From Camelus ferus (lineage: Eukaryota), in NCBI RefSeq assembly GCF_009834535.1, contig NC_045696.1, positions 29,390,001 to 29,454,000 of the forward strand: a stretch of DNA of 64,000 nt, written 5' to 3'. Below are positions 25,295 through 38,635 of this stretch, one piece after another. The position numbers and the translations under genes are program-made. How positions within the stretch are numbered: position 1 is the first letter of the stretch; each line of letters begins with the position of its first letter. Below the pieces are notes generated by a model that saw only the letters and a program-made list of their open reading frames with translations, made no database searches and was not told the DNA's origin.

Positions 25295-25781
25295 TGAGAC
25301 AGGAGGGAAGGGGGCAGGTCAACCATTAAAAGAATGACACGGCCATTGAGGATACAACAAGAACTGGTTAGAACCAACTAGGCCCAAGATGATGGAAGTC
25401 TGGACTTCCAACAGACCTCGAGCCTCCTTATATGCTCATTGTAATGCATCAGCATGCTAAATGGCACAGCCACAGGGGCCATGACAGTTCCTAGGTTGAC
25501 CAGAAAAGGCCAAAAAGTGGACGTGGCCTAGTTCCTGGAAATCCCCACTCCTTTCAAAATAATTGGAATAATCCTCCCATTTGTTAGCATACGAAATTAC
25601 CCAGCCCATAAAAACTAACCCCCCCACCCCCCTACCCCACACCCTGGGCCATTCTCCCTTCTGAGACAGGCCACAGTTCTGTCTATGGAATGTGTATCTC
25701 TCTAAGTAAACTTGCTTCCACTTGACTATGGATTACTTGAATTCTTTCCAGCAGGAGACAAAAACCTGCTCTTCAGTAACA
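25295..25781 (+). mobile_element. MER41-like ERV1 solo LTR (cetartiodactyl MER41-type)
   Basis: TGAGACAGG...GTAACA; MER41 blocks cagcatgctaaa..gccatgacagtt..gttcctggaa..gaataatcctccc..ttagcat..ccataaaaa; TSD taaa/taag. Confidence 0.8.
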
Positions 25782-28700
25782 TAAGAACAATTATAACAAA
25801 ATATAACAGAAACTCCTATAGCAAATACAGAACCCCATAGCCCAAGAACTCCAGCATTGGAAAAAATAAACAGAAAACTTTATTTATTTTTATCACTTAA
25901 TTTCTATCTCAAGTCATCATTCTGCCTCATGACAGAAAATTTACCCTACCTTTGCTTACTCTCTGCCTTCTATTGTGTCCCTTCCAGAGGGAGGGAGGAG
26001 AAGGGTAGTAAATACTGAGTCTCATTTGGAAATATTATCAAGAATAAAAACCTGTCATCAAAATGTTTTCTACCACACTAATTCATGAGTAAAGTTCTAA
26101 AAATTGAGAATTCTAAATTAATAGGATTGCTGTACCTACTGGAACTTTATCTTCACTCCAGTTTCTACTTAGAGATTCACTTTACCAAAAGAGTACAGGT
26201 TTTTGAATAGACTTGGAAAGAGAATCCTTAAGACGGCAGAAGGAGTGGTTAATGGTGACATCTCTAACATCAGAAGCCAGGAGACAGCCTATTCACGCTA
26301 TGCTAATGAAATGATTCAGAACTGGAGAGAGAAAGGGGGAAGTGGTTTTCAAAGAAAAGAGTCTGAAAACCAGAATTTGCATACAGTTTCCAGAAAACAG
26401 GTCTGATAAAGCAAGAATAGAAGATAATGAGCTGGGACATTTCCTCCTCTCCTGCAAGTCTACAGCCTCATCAGGATCAAACATAACCTGGCCTGGCTAG
26501 AAGTCAATTGGTAAAATAAATTATCAAAAATATAATTAAGTAAGCAGAGAGGCCTGGACAAGCTTCTTGGACATTTTTTTATATCAAAGCTGTAAAAATG
26601 AAGCTTCTGGGGTCATTCCATCAAAATCACTAACAAAGCCTACATCTGGCTTGACTCTGACCGGAGTTCTCACCTCAGAATCAATTAGGGTGATTACAAA
26701 CCAGTGGTGCACAAGGGCTCATCTGTGGTTAATTGAGTAAAGCATACTTAATCAACCTTTCTGAGTAATAAGTATGTGGGAAATCAAAATCCTTCATGTC
26801 CACTGGTGCTTTGTTCTAAGTCCTGCTACTTAAAATCTGGCTCTTTTAGGAAGGATAAATGTTTGAAGGGGGAAAATAAATGGCTCGGGATGGTTTATCT
26901 GGCATAAGAGAGTATGGGCAGAGTCCCTCCCCTACCACCACTAAATGCTTTCCTGTATCTCTGAAGACTGTCTTTGTGCCCTACAGAGAGCCTGCACGTG
27001 TAAAAACAAAACAAAACAGTCAAAAGCGGCTAAACCTGGAAGTGGTATTATTGGTCAATATGCAAAACACAAGCTTTGCCCCCAAATTCCAGCTCTTAAA
27101 ATGTTTTGCAAGGATGTGAATTCATTTTCACTCCCTTACTGATGATATATTTTGAACATTAAGTTTAAAAAAATACTCCCAGATTATTCTTTCAGCTCAG
27201 CACTCCCTTTTGTTTTTAAGCTATTTCAAGAGGCAAGGCCAGAGAGTGCCGTGCCGGCTCTAGCAAGATAGCAGAGAATTCAGCTCATGCTGGAATCTGG
27301 CATTTTCCAAACAACATTTCAGAGTCAATCAACCTCTGATGTATCTCATTTTTTAAAGATATCTCTGTTGTAGAAAGAGTAGCCAAAAAGCATTTCTCTG
27401 GGCATAGGGTGGGGGGGCGGGGGGGAGACTACAAACTAATTACCAAGCATCCCAGTCCAGAGGTTTTCACTGAGCAATGAAATGTCTGACCTAAGCTATC
27501 TGAGGAGGGAGCCCCTTCTGTCTATGGAAAGACTACCCTCTAATTTCAATCTAAAGCACTGGGCAAATAAGCAGGAACTATTTTAAAGAATGCAAACAGC
27601 TCATTTCCCCCTCCTGCTGGGTACACTTCTAACAAGTTGGCATTAGCACACACCTTCCTCTGAATGGACGAGAACAAAGAGAAAGAACAAAAGAGATATA
27701 AAACAGAAAACAAAAATGCCCCAGGGTTGTTCTGAACTCCAGTGGCTCAGACAAGGTGAGCCGGGCTTCATCAGCACAGTGGGAAGTTCCCAAGCAGGCA
27801 GGTCCCAGGCCCTAGAAAATGCCTCTGATGTGGCTCTCTAATCAAACCAAACAAAGAATTTTAAAGAGAGGATGATAAAAAAAAAAAAAAAAAAAAGTGG
27901 CATGTTTTTATGGGAAGACTATGACGTCACCGCACCTTCTCAGGAATCAGTACGCTGGTCCCACGCAGCTGTCTGGAGTGTTCTCCCAGCAAAACAAGGC
28001 TCAAATTATTTATGTTTTCATTGTGTCTCATTACAGGAGACTACAATGCAAAATAATCAACACAAAGAAGCCTCAGGTGACACAGATGGCAGCACGGATT
28101 GTTTAAGGAAAAAACCTGATCATAAGCTTTGCCTTAAAACTGCTCTGACAAATGAAATCATCATAAGAAGAAAATAGAACTTTGATTGAATAATAATTCT
28201 GAGTAAATGTCAACTTCTCCGGATCCATTTGGCATTAAAGATGGCTTCGGAATAAAATGAGAAGGACATCGCTTCTTGTTTCACATGAATAGAGATTAAG
28301 TCCTGTAAGATCTTTTGAGTGGCAAGGAGAATTCCCACAAGGTCTGGATGGGCTCAGATTTTAAAAAACGAGGGTCCATGTGTGTGCAGCCTGAAAACAC
28401 ACCATCGTATCATTCACACATGCACTGTTTTGAAGTGCTCATTCTCTCCGATATATGTGAATAGAAGCCAAACAAATAGAATAGCCGAGGAGGGAAGATG
28501 CTAACTTCAGTTTGAATAGATTTTCCCTTTTGTTCATGGCCTACATGGAGGTGTCAGCGTATACAAAAATAACAGATACAATAGAGCATTTAGATAACCT
28601 TTTCTGAGATGTCTGCAGTTGTGGTCTCATGCTGGAATGTTGTTCCTATAGCCTTAATATTTAGGATGTCTCTGCATCTCTTTAGTTTCTCATCCATTAT

Positions 28701-29068
28701 AGTTAATGACACAGATAACAGTGGGAGTATCACATACAGCCACCAAGTTTGACATGCAACCCAGGGTTCTTCCACAGCCTGGGTTCAGATGGCTGCAGCC
28801 CTGCACTTGCAGCCGCCAGCACTAGGGCACGTCTTCCCTCTGGGTTAGACATCGCCCTGGCACACCCAGCGTGGCCTCTCCACTCTTCTCCTTTCTGTCT
28901 GTCTGCTTCCGGAAAACTAAGCCGAAGATTTCTCTTTCGTTGAGTCTTTTCAGGTTGCATCACCTGCCGTTCTCAGTCTGCCCCCTCTCTCATGCTATCC
29001 ACAAGCTATTCTGGCATCTTGCTGTCTTCCCTCCCTTGTGCGTGACTTGCCTTGTGAAGCTCACTTAC

Positions 29069-29171
29069 AGCTGTACACTTTCCATGCTGGTTGGCAGGCT
29101 GAGCTGTAGGATTTCATTTTTAGTGATTGTTGTGGTACTTGATGTCCCTTCTGATGTAAATAGAGCTCCCA
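29069..29171 (-). other. Candidate 103-nt exon (lncRNA or cryptic)
   Basis: Minus strand: long U/C tract + ctggaaacAG acceptor; donor CT|GTAAGT; no recognisable protein. Confidence 0.25.
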
Positions 29172-31139
29172 CTGTTTCCAGAAAAAAAAAAAAAAAAAGA
29201 AAAGAAAAAAAGGAGCATTCTATGTGAAGCCTTGTGAGTAATGGTAGAAAGTTTAAAGGAATCTGATGAATTAGTCCCACCCTGGATGTCTTCCCTAAAT
29301 ATACCCAGAATGGAAAATTGGTACTCACGACCTGCTCTACTGCCTCCTTTTTCACCATGTTGAAGGGTGGTCTTGGAAAAAGGGGATAATGCTTACCAAC
29401 CCCCACGGGGTGCTAAGCTATTGTAGCACCCTGACACTGGCTGGGCCTCTTTTCTCACTCACTGCTGTCAATAATCATTTCTCAGAAAGTTTCCAAGCCA
29501 GCAAGTACTGACAGCTTCCATTCCTGCATCTCCAAGGACGATCCTTAGCATTACAAATGGTCATCACGCTGCAAGTTGGTGCTGTTTTCTGGTCTCCTTC
29601 TAAATAAAGACACTCTCCTAAGGAACTCTGCTGTGTGTGGCTGGTTCCATATTTCCAGTGAGTTATCGTGTATGCAGAATGGTTTTCTGAGTGTTGTAAA
29701 GATGTCCATAAGTTTTTGAGCTGAAAGGGCTTCCCTAGAGGCCAAATTTATATTCTAATAACATAATCCTCATTTCTCATCTCCCAAGCAGGCCTTCAGG
29801 AAGAGATGGTCCAGAAGCCAAATCTACAAACTAGTCATCCTTCTATACCGTTAGAAACAGGCAGCGGCTCTAACACAGCCCCTCAGTTGTTACCCACAAG
29901 GCCATGTCCCCACACACTAGCTTTGGATCCTAATTAATTCTATTCACATCCACATTTATTTAGAAGTAGCACAATTCTGGTCAACTAATAATTGAAGATC
30001 TGTCTGTACAAAGTTTTGAGAGATGCATCCAGACGATTCAGGAAATTTCTTGTGTTTCCCCCCTATTCAGAGAATACCGTTTGCTCTGCAGGCAAAAACT
30101 GCCCATTGCTCTGGAGCATTTCTTAAGCACCGCTCAGCTGCTGACTGAAAGCACCTCATTCAGGGACTGTGCCACTGCTGGGGTGAGACGATGAGTCCTG
30201 GCAATCACTATGGTCAGCAGTTGGACTCTGTTCTTTACTGATAGTGATGACAGCCATGCTGCGTGCTGAGACACATTGCCAGTGCGCTATGGGAAGAATC
30301 CTTGGAGATGTGTGAGAAGCCCCTTCTCATTTAGAAAACCTTAGTGATGAATGTGGCAAAGTCCAAGGACTTTACTATCATTCATCTGCTGGCCTCGTCA
30401 ACTTCTGGCAAAGCTGAATCTGATCCTTAGCACCTTCTCGACTTTTTTGTGTAATAGAAAGTCTTATGCATAATGGTAGGAGGTGTTAAGGAGACTGATA
30501 AACTATTACTCCCAATGATTCCTTCTCCAAAGGATCTCACAGTGATAGGGTAGAATCCATGCCCTTGATGTCACTTGATCCATAAGACACTCCACACTGC
30601 CAGCTAATAGGGGAACCCAAAAGAGGGGTCTGAACATTGTCAAAGCCAGAAATGACCAAGTCGCAGTAGGTCTGAAGGTGAGTCCAGGCTACTCTAACAC
30701 TTGAGAGTCTATAAGAGCTGACTTCCCCTTGGGAATTGTTTCCTGAATAGCTTTGAAAGGAAGTGAACTTGGGCAAGAAGAGTCTCAGCCTGAAGATTTT
30801 GGAGTTTGGTTATTTGTTTTGTCCTGAATAGGCTTTACCTTCTCAGATCTTAATTGTCTATATCTTATTAGGATATCTCATGTGATTGTCTAAGAAAATC
30901 TGTTCTCACCCCTTACATAGCTGTCTAACTGTGGCTTACAACTTAGGATTCTGCCTACTTCTGAGTTCAAAAGAGCCACGTTGTTGGGAAAATGATAAAG
31001 TATTAATAATTTTACAATTCTTCACAGACATAAAGAACCATACATCACAGCTAAGATGAACACAGCATAACACTTATCAAGGGAAAGAACAATGTGAGAA
31101 TTCATTAAACAAGGTCCCATTTGCACAGAGGAAGAAAAA

Positions 31140-31385
31140 CATCTCTTGAGCACTTACTCCATGCAAGGCACAATTTTTTACATGTATTACATATTTAATA
31201 CTCATAACGAAACTTATGAGGTGTTTGCTATTGTTTTCCACATTTTATAGTTGAGAAAACTGAAGCATGACACAAATCAGTAATTTGATCAATGTCAAAT
31301 TATTAGTAAGTGACAAAGATGAGGTTAAAAGCCATGCAGTCAGACTTTGTAGCATGCTACGTTAACCATTAGCCAGTGCTGCCTA
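31140..31385 (-). mobile_element. MIR SINE (near full length)
   Basis: ttgagcacttactccatgcaaggcac..atttaatactcataac..tatgaggt..cattttatagttgagaaaactgaagca..gtaatttg..gcagtcagact..ttaaccatt. Confidence 0.85.
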
Positions 31386-31455
31386 TGGTCAACACTGATC
31401 ACTGCTTTGTCCTTACTGCCCATGTTGCTTGATTAAGATCTCTAATGACCATGGT

Positions 31456-31787
31456 TGTATCAGTTCTGTATTGTGACAGTGCTACATAATAAACCACTCA
31501 AAGTTTCAGGGGCTTAGACCAGTGAGCATTTATCATGCATCCCCAGGGTTCAGCTGATCTAGGCTAGGCTCATCTGGGCTTAGCTGGGCTCACCCATTCT
31601 TTCACAGAGTGGTTCTACTTCTCCACCAGTCTCTGCTTGCATCTTGCTTACCAACATTCCTTTGGCCCAATGCAAGTCACATGGCAGAGTTCAAGCATCA
31701 GAGTGCAAGGGCCCTACCACAGACATATGGCAACGGGTATGGACACACTGTGGTGAAGAACTGGGTCATTACGTCAGTCTACTACAA
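31456..31787 (-). mobile_element. MLT1 (H/I-like) MaLR LTR
   Basis: tgtatcagtt..aaaccactcaaagtttcaggggcttag..tcagctgatctaggct..ttggcccaatgcaagtcacatggc..gaagaactggg..tctactaca. Confidence 0.75.
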
Positions 31788-31839
31788 TTAGTAACAAGGA
31801 AAGTGAATTGGGTTGGGAGCCAAATTCTACCCCAATCAC

Positions 31840-32280
31840 TCATCCCTTTGTTCATCCATTCAGTGAATTCCCTTGAGTTTCATAAATAAGCACTATCCTT
31901 ACATCTTAGTCATACCAGGATAAACTTCCGAGCTGCTCCCTCAAAAAGACTTGTAATGTCATGGATGAGATAGACAAGTCAACAGTTACAATACATCATG
32001 GTACTGCAAAGAATGTCATGAGAGCAAAGACTAGAGCTCCAAAGAAGGGGTGTAAGGAAAGGAGAAAGGGAAGGAGTGACTCCCCTAAGATAATGTTTGG
32101 GATAAACCATTATACGTGGGTAGTTCAGATAATACAAATGTGCTTAAACATCCATTACATGCAGCAGGATAACAAGAGATGAAAATACAGAAGTCAGATC
32201 ATGAAGGGAGTCATATGTCTTCCTAAACCGCCCAGATTTTATCCTGAAGGCAATAGGAGGCTATGAAAGATTCAAGCAAA
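31840..32280 (-). mobile_element. L2 fragment
   Basis: ttcatccattcag tail; agtcagatcatgaagggag..gattttatcctgaaggcaatagggaggctatgaaagatt. Confidence 0.55.
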
Positions 32281-33909
32281 TTGTCAAACTTTGCAAAACA
32301 GTATAAACGATGCTTGACAATTTTCTGATGGATGATTTAAAAATTAATCTATAGGTAGGTAGATGGTATTATATAGAAGAAATCCTTCTATAATGTTCCC
32401 TTATTTTGATGTCCCCAAAGATTCTTTTTTATTGATGTCCCAGAGTGGCTGGCTTACACTTAATAAACAACATCTAAGATAAATATCAAAGAATCAATTT
32501 ATTTATATGCACTGAGAAATATAATTTTTATACAAACTATAAATATTTGAGTCAGGGGGGTTGGCACATTGCCTCCCAGTGGCCAAACCTTGTGGTCATG
32601 CAATAAACATAGTCAAAGCCTGTTTTAATAATTTACTGTGAAATATGATAGTGACAAGGACCATAAAACAGAAAGGGAGGCAGACATGGGAATTAGATTT
32701 CTTGGTGAGCATGGAATCAAAACAATGGCAGTTAGATGAACTGAATGTTTAATGGCAACCTGTGGGAATATTTGTTGTTCTGTCTCACAATAGAGTTGGA
32801 CTTTCCATTAAGATCAGAAAAACCTGAGGGCCTCTGGCTCCAAATGTAAGGGCCAGCATTTCTAGAGGGACATAGATAACTTAATGTCCAGTGACTCGGG
32901 TCCCCTTTTCCTTTTATGATCATTTCTTTTGTCAAAGACCTGGGTTCTTTTCCTGCATTTCCATGGTTGACTGATACCCCTTTTGTGCGGCACCTTTTTT
33001 TCTTTAAATATGTTAATACTCCAACCAGAAGCCATCTGGTCGGTCGTAAGTCTGCTGATCTATAATCTAATATTGATTTTATCATTTATGTCCCAGAGAG
33101 ACAGTTATTTCCTTTATTATCAACATTCCTGATGGGCTTCTTACTGCAGCCTCTTAATACTGAAAAAGCAAGAATGCTAGAATGTGCAGTCAGCAACTGT
33201 TACATCAATATACATAGGCAGTCAAGTAAACAAAACAAAACAAAACAAAAAAACAACAGACAACTTTGGTTATTTAATGATGTAACTCCACTGGAGAATT
33301 TTGACCTGCAATAAAAGCATATGAGTTCCTCTAAGTTATTTAGATCAATATATTCATGAAAACATGTTTTTTATTCAGTGGAAGTTTTAACTTCAAGTAT
33401 TGCATCTTTCTAATTATATAGTAAAGGGCCACAGATACCTCCAGGTAAACTTTGAAATAGAAGAAACAATTTGTTTGTTCTCTGATTTTTCCATTCTCCT
33501 TTCTTGTACTCTTTATTACCATGAGCAAAATGTTTGAATGAAACAGAATTTTTGTTTATAGATGACTATCTTCTGTTAATGTTGAAGAACCCTCCTGACT
33601 CCTAAATAATAGGTTGATTGTATTATGTATATTTCCTTGGCAATGAATGAAGGGAAAGGAAATAAAGCAAGCAGTCTCCAAATTGCTTACTGATACTGGG
33701 CATTTATAGCTTCAACTACATTACTATGAAATAAGCAATTAAAATAAAGTATTGCATGCATCCAAAATACACAAACCATGCAGGAAAGTTGCAAAAAGTT
33801 TACACCTAGGTAGAAATATTGCTGCTTAGATGTGTCCATTTCTGCCTCTTTTTATTTACTTATTTATTTTTTACATATGATATAGGGATTGGAGAATGGA
33901 GGATTACCA

Positions 33910-34432
33910 CATTTATCAAAACGCATTTGTCTGCAAGTAGTAGAAAACACAACTCAAACAGGCTTAATTAATAAAGATAACCTACTGTTTTTGTGGCTAA
34001 AAAGTCTTTCAAGTAGTGCTGGAATCACAGCTCAAATGGTATTACCCAGGACTTTTATTCTTTTTGCACGTCTCAACTCCTCTTTCTGGGTGTCTCCCTC
34101 ACTCTCGAGAGGCTTCTCTCCTTATAGTCCAAGGTAGATGTTAGTGGTCTCCAAGCAATCCTACTTCAGCACTCCTATCCAGTAGAGGAAAGCATTTCTG
34201 CCACAAAACCCAAATGAACTCCCTGAGATCCAACCTGACCAGACCAGCTAAGCCCTAGGCCCACCTCTGAACAAATCAGTGTGGCCAGGGAGTCACCTCT
34301 GAACCTGGCAATAAAGTCAGCTTCCCACACCACATGCTGTTCATGGGATTAGGGGGGAGATGATTATTAAATGAGGGTTGTGCACCCAGAGAAAGGGAAT
34401 AAATTTAGGAGGAGTTAGGTAAATGGCCTCAC
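33910..34432 (-). mobile_element. Ancient MLT1 (K/L-like) LTR
   Basis: tgcaagtagtagaaaacacaactcaaacaggcttaa..; ccacctctgaacaaatcagtgtggccaggg. Confidence 0.65.
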
Positions 34433-36069
34433 ACTCTGCCTTTAGCATCAAACATACACATTAAAAAAATTTATTCCTATTTGTGGTAATATTTTGGTCA
34501 ATATGAATAGGGCACACAAGAAAATAATTTCAATGCAAAACAGAAAAAAAAATCACCTATGGAAAGGATTACTGGGAATAATGACAGAATCTCACTGAAC
34601 GAGATTGGGATAATTAGTAGCTACCTTCCCCACAACAGAATTCTGTAACCATTTCCATCTGCCTTTTGGATATCCCAGATGACCAATGCTAATCAAAAGC
34701 TGGTGTGAGCTGCTAAATTCAACTTCCCTTTTATCTTCTAAGCAGCCACAAATCCCAGTGTCCGGTGTTGCTTATTATGTTCTGTCATCATCCTTCTCTA
34801 CACCAGGAATATGATAAATAATAAAAAGCCAGGAGGAACACTAACACGTCACTGACAAGGAACGTACAGCGAACCCAACTCCAGGGTGCTGAGTTTGTGA
34901 TCCACTTCGGAGCTTCGGTTATTTAAAAACTAGAACACAACTATCACACGCAAATTAGGACATATATTTCTGCAATGCAGTGCTCAGCCTGTTTGGTGTT
35001 TTCTCTATATTTTACCTTACTTTAAATTGTTTCTATTGAGAGATTTAATTCTTAATTTTTTCTTCCCCTAAGAGCTACTAATTATCTGTAGGTAGTGACT
35101 AAACCAAAGTCTGAATTTCCATCTTCAGGGCTGTTTAAACCTGCTATATCTTTGTTTCTATTTGCCAGAAAGCATTTATTCTATTTCAAGTGGCACAGAA
35201 ATTTTACTGGCTCCTGCAAAGTAAATTCTTTTGCATGTAATCTAAAAACAAGGTAAAGTGACTTGACTGTGTCTCCTCTTTATGCCCTTTCAAGATGGAT
35301 TGCCATTTTTCAGGTACCACTAGCCCTGAGCAGTGGGAAATTTTCATGAAATGTTCTCCTCATAGCATCTCGACTTCAGTGAACTGAACCATCAAACTGT
35401 TTCATGCATTAAACAAATTGTGCATTGGTAATGAATGTTTTTCCAGTCAAGGTTAGTGTTATAAGGATCTAAGATGCAGAAGCTCAGCAATAAAGTGTAT
35501 GTATAACCAACAGCCTTGGAAAAGAATTGATGGAATGTGAGCTTAAAATCAAGTTTTACACAATCTTCTGAATGCTTTGATGAATTATTAGGTATTTTAT
35601 AAAATGAAAACTTGACTTCTATGTTAATAGCTAAGGAAAGGTGTATTTGCTTTAGATTAATATTTCTATGTAATAGAACTTAACTTACTTTCAAGAGCTC
35701 CTCTTTTAATTCTTGCCAGCTTGTACCTAATAAAGGGAAACATCATATTGTGAGTTATTGTTAACTATGTGAACTAGTAAGATATTCTATTGCTTGATCA
35801 CAGCATAAAACTCCTTATCCAGAAGTATTTGTTACCATCTCAGTTGATTTCAGCAGAGTTGTTGATATTAAAGAATAATTAATTGTGTATATTAGATGAA
35901 TACTTGAGATAAAGAAAAAGGCAATAAATGGAATTAGATGTTCCATAGTACATTTTCATAATTATTATTCAAATTCTGTAATTTGTTCCCCATGTCCTTT
36001 TTCAATATTCCTCACTCAGGGCTGCCCACAGCCTAGTCTTTCTGACTTCACCTACTAATAATGCAGTGA

Positions 36070-36575
36070 CCCACACTTTCCCCCTACAGGACTGAGGCAC
36101 TCATTCCTAGCTGCTGAGAGTCTAAACTGCTGGCAGTTCACAACTGAGTCTCTCTCTAAAATTTCCTGAAGCCTGTGGTTCTCAAACTTTAACATGTATT
36201 AGAATTAATGGGAGAGCTTAAAACACTGATGCTGTGTTCTCAGACTTCTAATTTAGTAAGGGATCCAATATTATACCTTTGTAACAAGCACCAGGGTGAT
36301 ACTGATTCTGCTGCTCTGGGAACCACACTTTGAGAACCACTGCCCTAAGCTGAGAAGAGTCGCCTTACCCAAAGTCACATCTCCCTCCCTTGAAGCAGCC
36401 CACATCCATTGAGAATATAAAAGTCGGGATTCCTTGCCTCCAAGGGACAAATCTAAAGGGCCATTTAGCTCCAACTATCCTGGTGGGATTAGCTGAGGCA
36501 TGTATCACTTCGCAGTGTTTCAGAAATTCTCTGTCCAATCCTACATCCATTCTTGTCCTATAGCTGTTGATCCTA
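36070..36575 (+). mobile_element. LTR16-type ERVL LTR interrupted by MER5A
   Basis: caggactgaggcactcattcc..gctgctgagagt..tcacaactgagtc | ccttacccaaagtcac..gcagcccacatcca..tataaaag..aagggccatttagctcca..gtgggattagctgaggc. Confidence 0.8.
36173..36342. mobile_element. MER5A (hAT-Charlie) MITE
   Basis: TIRs ctgtggttctcaaa / tttgagaaccactg; 8-bp TSD cctgaagc/ccctaagc (6 of 8). Confidence 0.85.
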
Positions 36576-37039
36576 CGTGTCCCACAAAGACCCAAACTGA
36601 TCTACTTAAAACACCAATCTAACATTTTAATGGCTCTTCAATAAGTCTAGAATGCCACCAAAACTATTGCCTATCTTTTGCATTCTTTCCAACTATGGAT
36701 TAATAAAACTACTTAGCTTCTGCTGGCTGTTCAACACTGTTCGAGAAAAGTGTACAAATTCAAACTGTCCCAGTCCAAATTAGCTCTCACACTGCCTGAT
36801 AGTACTAGAATGTGTGTAGGTAGTTTTTTCTCCTTGTTTCCACATTAACTATCTTTTTCATTTTCTTCCTACCTCCCACTCCACCATTTCCTAATGCACT
36901 TTCAGATGGACTTTTCATCACCTTACCTAATTGCACGATAAAAGGATGCGAAAGGCAACCTCCACACTCCCTTTCCCTTACTCCAAATATCTAGTCTATG
37001 TCAGGTCCTGAAGATTCTATCTACAAAATATCTCTCCAA

Positions 37040-37405
37040 GAAAGAAAATACCATGTGATATCGCTCATGTGTGGAATCCAAAAAAAAAAAAAAAAACCAC
37101 TATGAACTCATCTACAAAACAGAAACAGACTTGCAGACATAGTAAACAATCTTATGGTTATTGGGGAAAGGGGATGGGAAGGGATAAATTGGGGAGTTTG
37201 AGAATTACAAATGTTAGCCACTGTATATAAAAATAGATTTTAAAAAAAGTTTCTTTTGTATAGCACAGGGAACTATGTTCTTGTAATAACTTTTAATGAA
37301 AAGAAATATGAAAACCAATATATATGTATATGCATGACTGGGACATTGTGTTATACATTAGAAATTGACACATTATAGTTGACTGTACTTCAATAAAAAA
37401 TATAT
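37040..37405 (+). mobile_element. Short 5'-truncated L1 (3'UTR only)
   Basis: Homologous to 51930-52293; AATAAA then A/TA tail; TSD-like atatctctccaa (37028-37039)/atatatctccaa (37406-37417). Confidence 0.9.
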
Positions 37406-37970
37406 ATATATCTCCAACTGTCTAACTCTCTCCTTCCTAACTGTCCATTCATGCCCCAGTGTGAGCAAATATTATTTCTCATTCTGGTAACATTAAAGCC
37501 TTCTTGACCTGACCTAGGTTTTTATTATCTCCAACCTGCACTTTATCTTGGCAGTGTTTCTAAAACAATGCATTCTTTCCACACTCTTCTACCACAAACA
37601 TCCCGATGGCCAACCCCCAATTCCACATATACACATAATGATCTCAGAATAAAGTTTGAAAATCTGAACTTGACTTACCTGGCTGTTCAGACCCAGTCCC
37701 TGCTTATATCTCTTGCCTCTTCCTGTATTCCTGTATATAATAAAATATGTTCCAGTTATGCTAAAAACTTGAAGTTCCCAAGCCTTGCATAAGCCACTCA
37801 TCCAGTAAAACGTGTCTGAGACCCCAAGGCTAAGATGTGCCCTTTTATCCACAACAGCAATGACACTTTTTATTACCCCTAGTATATTTTGCCTCCTTGG
37901 AAAATTGCATTCGTTCTCTCAGGTATCGTTCTTACTAAGATTAGGCCATGCAGCAGGAATAAGAAAGACA

Positions 37971-38340
37971 TGCATTTTAGTCAGCTCAGGCTGCCAGAAC
38001 AAAATACCATAAATTGTTTTAAACAACAGAGATTTCTTTTCTCACAGTTCTGGAGGCTAGAAGTCTGAGATCAGGTTGCCAGCATGATCAAGTTCTGGTG
38101 AGAGCTTTCCTCCTGGCATTCAGACAGCCATCTTCTCGATGTGTCCCCTGATGATGGAGACAGAAAGAAAGAAAGCTTTCTGTGTTTTTTCTTATAAGGA
38201 CACTAATCCTACCATGAGGATTCCACCCTCATGACCTCATCTAAATATAATTACCTCTAAATGACCCACCTGCAAATATCATGCACATTTGGGTAGGGCT
38301 TCAACTTACGAGCTTTGGGCAGATATAATTCTGGCCAAAG
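37971..38340 (-). mobile_element. MLT1A-type MaLR LTR
   Basis: ttagtcagctcaggctgcc.gaacaaaatacca..ctcacagttctggaggctagaagtctgagatcagg..ttataaggacactaatcc..cctcatgacctcatctaa..agggcttcaac. Confidence 0.9.
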
Positions 38341-38635
38341 CTTAATGTAAAGCAATGCTCTTTCAAAACGAAAGGAAGACACAGGGAGAGTAGAAAAGAA
38401 AGGTAGCTGTGTAACCAAAAAGTCCGATCTGCCATGGAACCAGGATAGGCTGTTAGAAACATCCACATTAATGAAAGAGGCCTTATTCTTCATTTTTAAG
38501 TAATAGCTTATAAAATTTAAAAACCCTTTGGAGGAGCAGCCTACAACACAAGGTAGCAACCATGAAGTACTGATGATGGCAAGACATAGTGAGACAGAGA
38601 ACAGATAATCAGATTGTTCCACCATCCAGTCTGGC

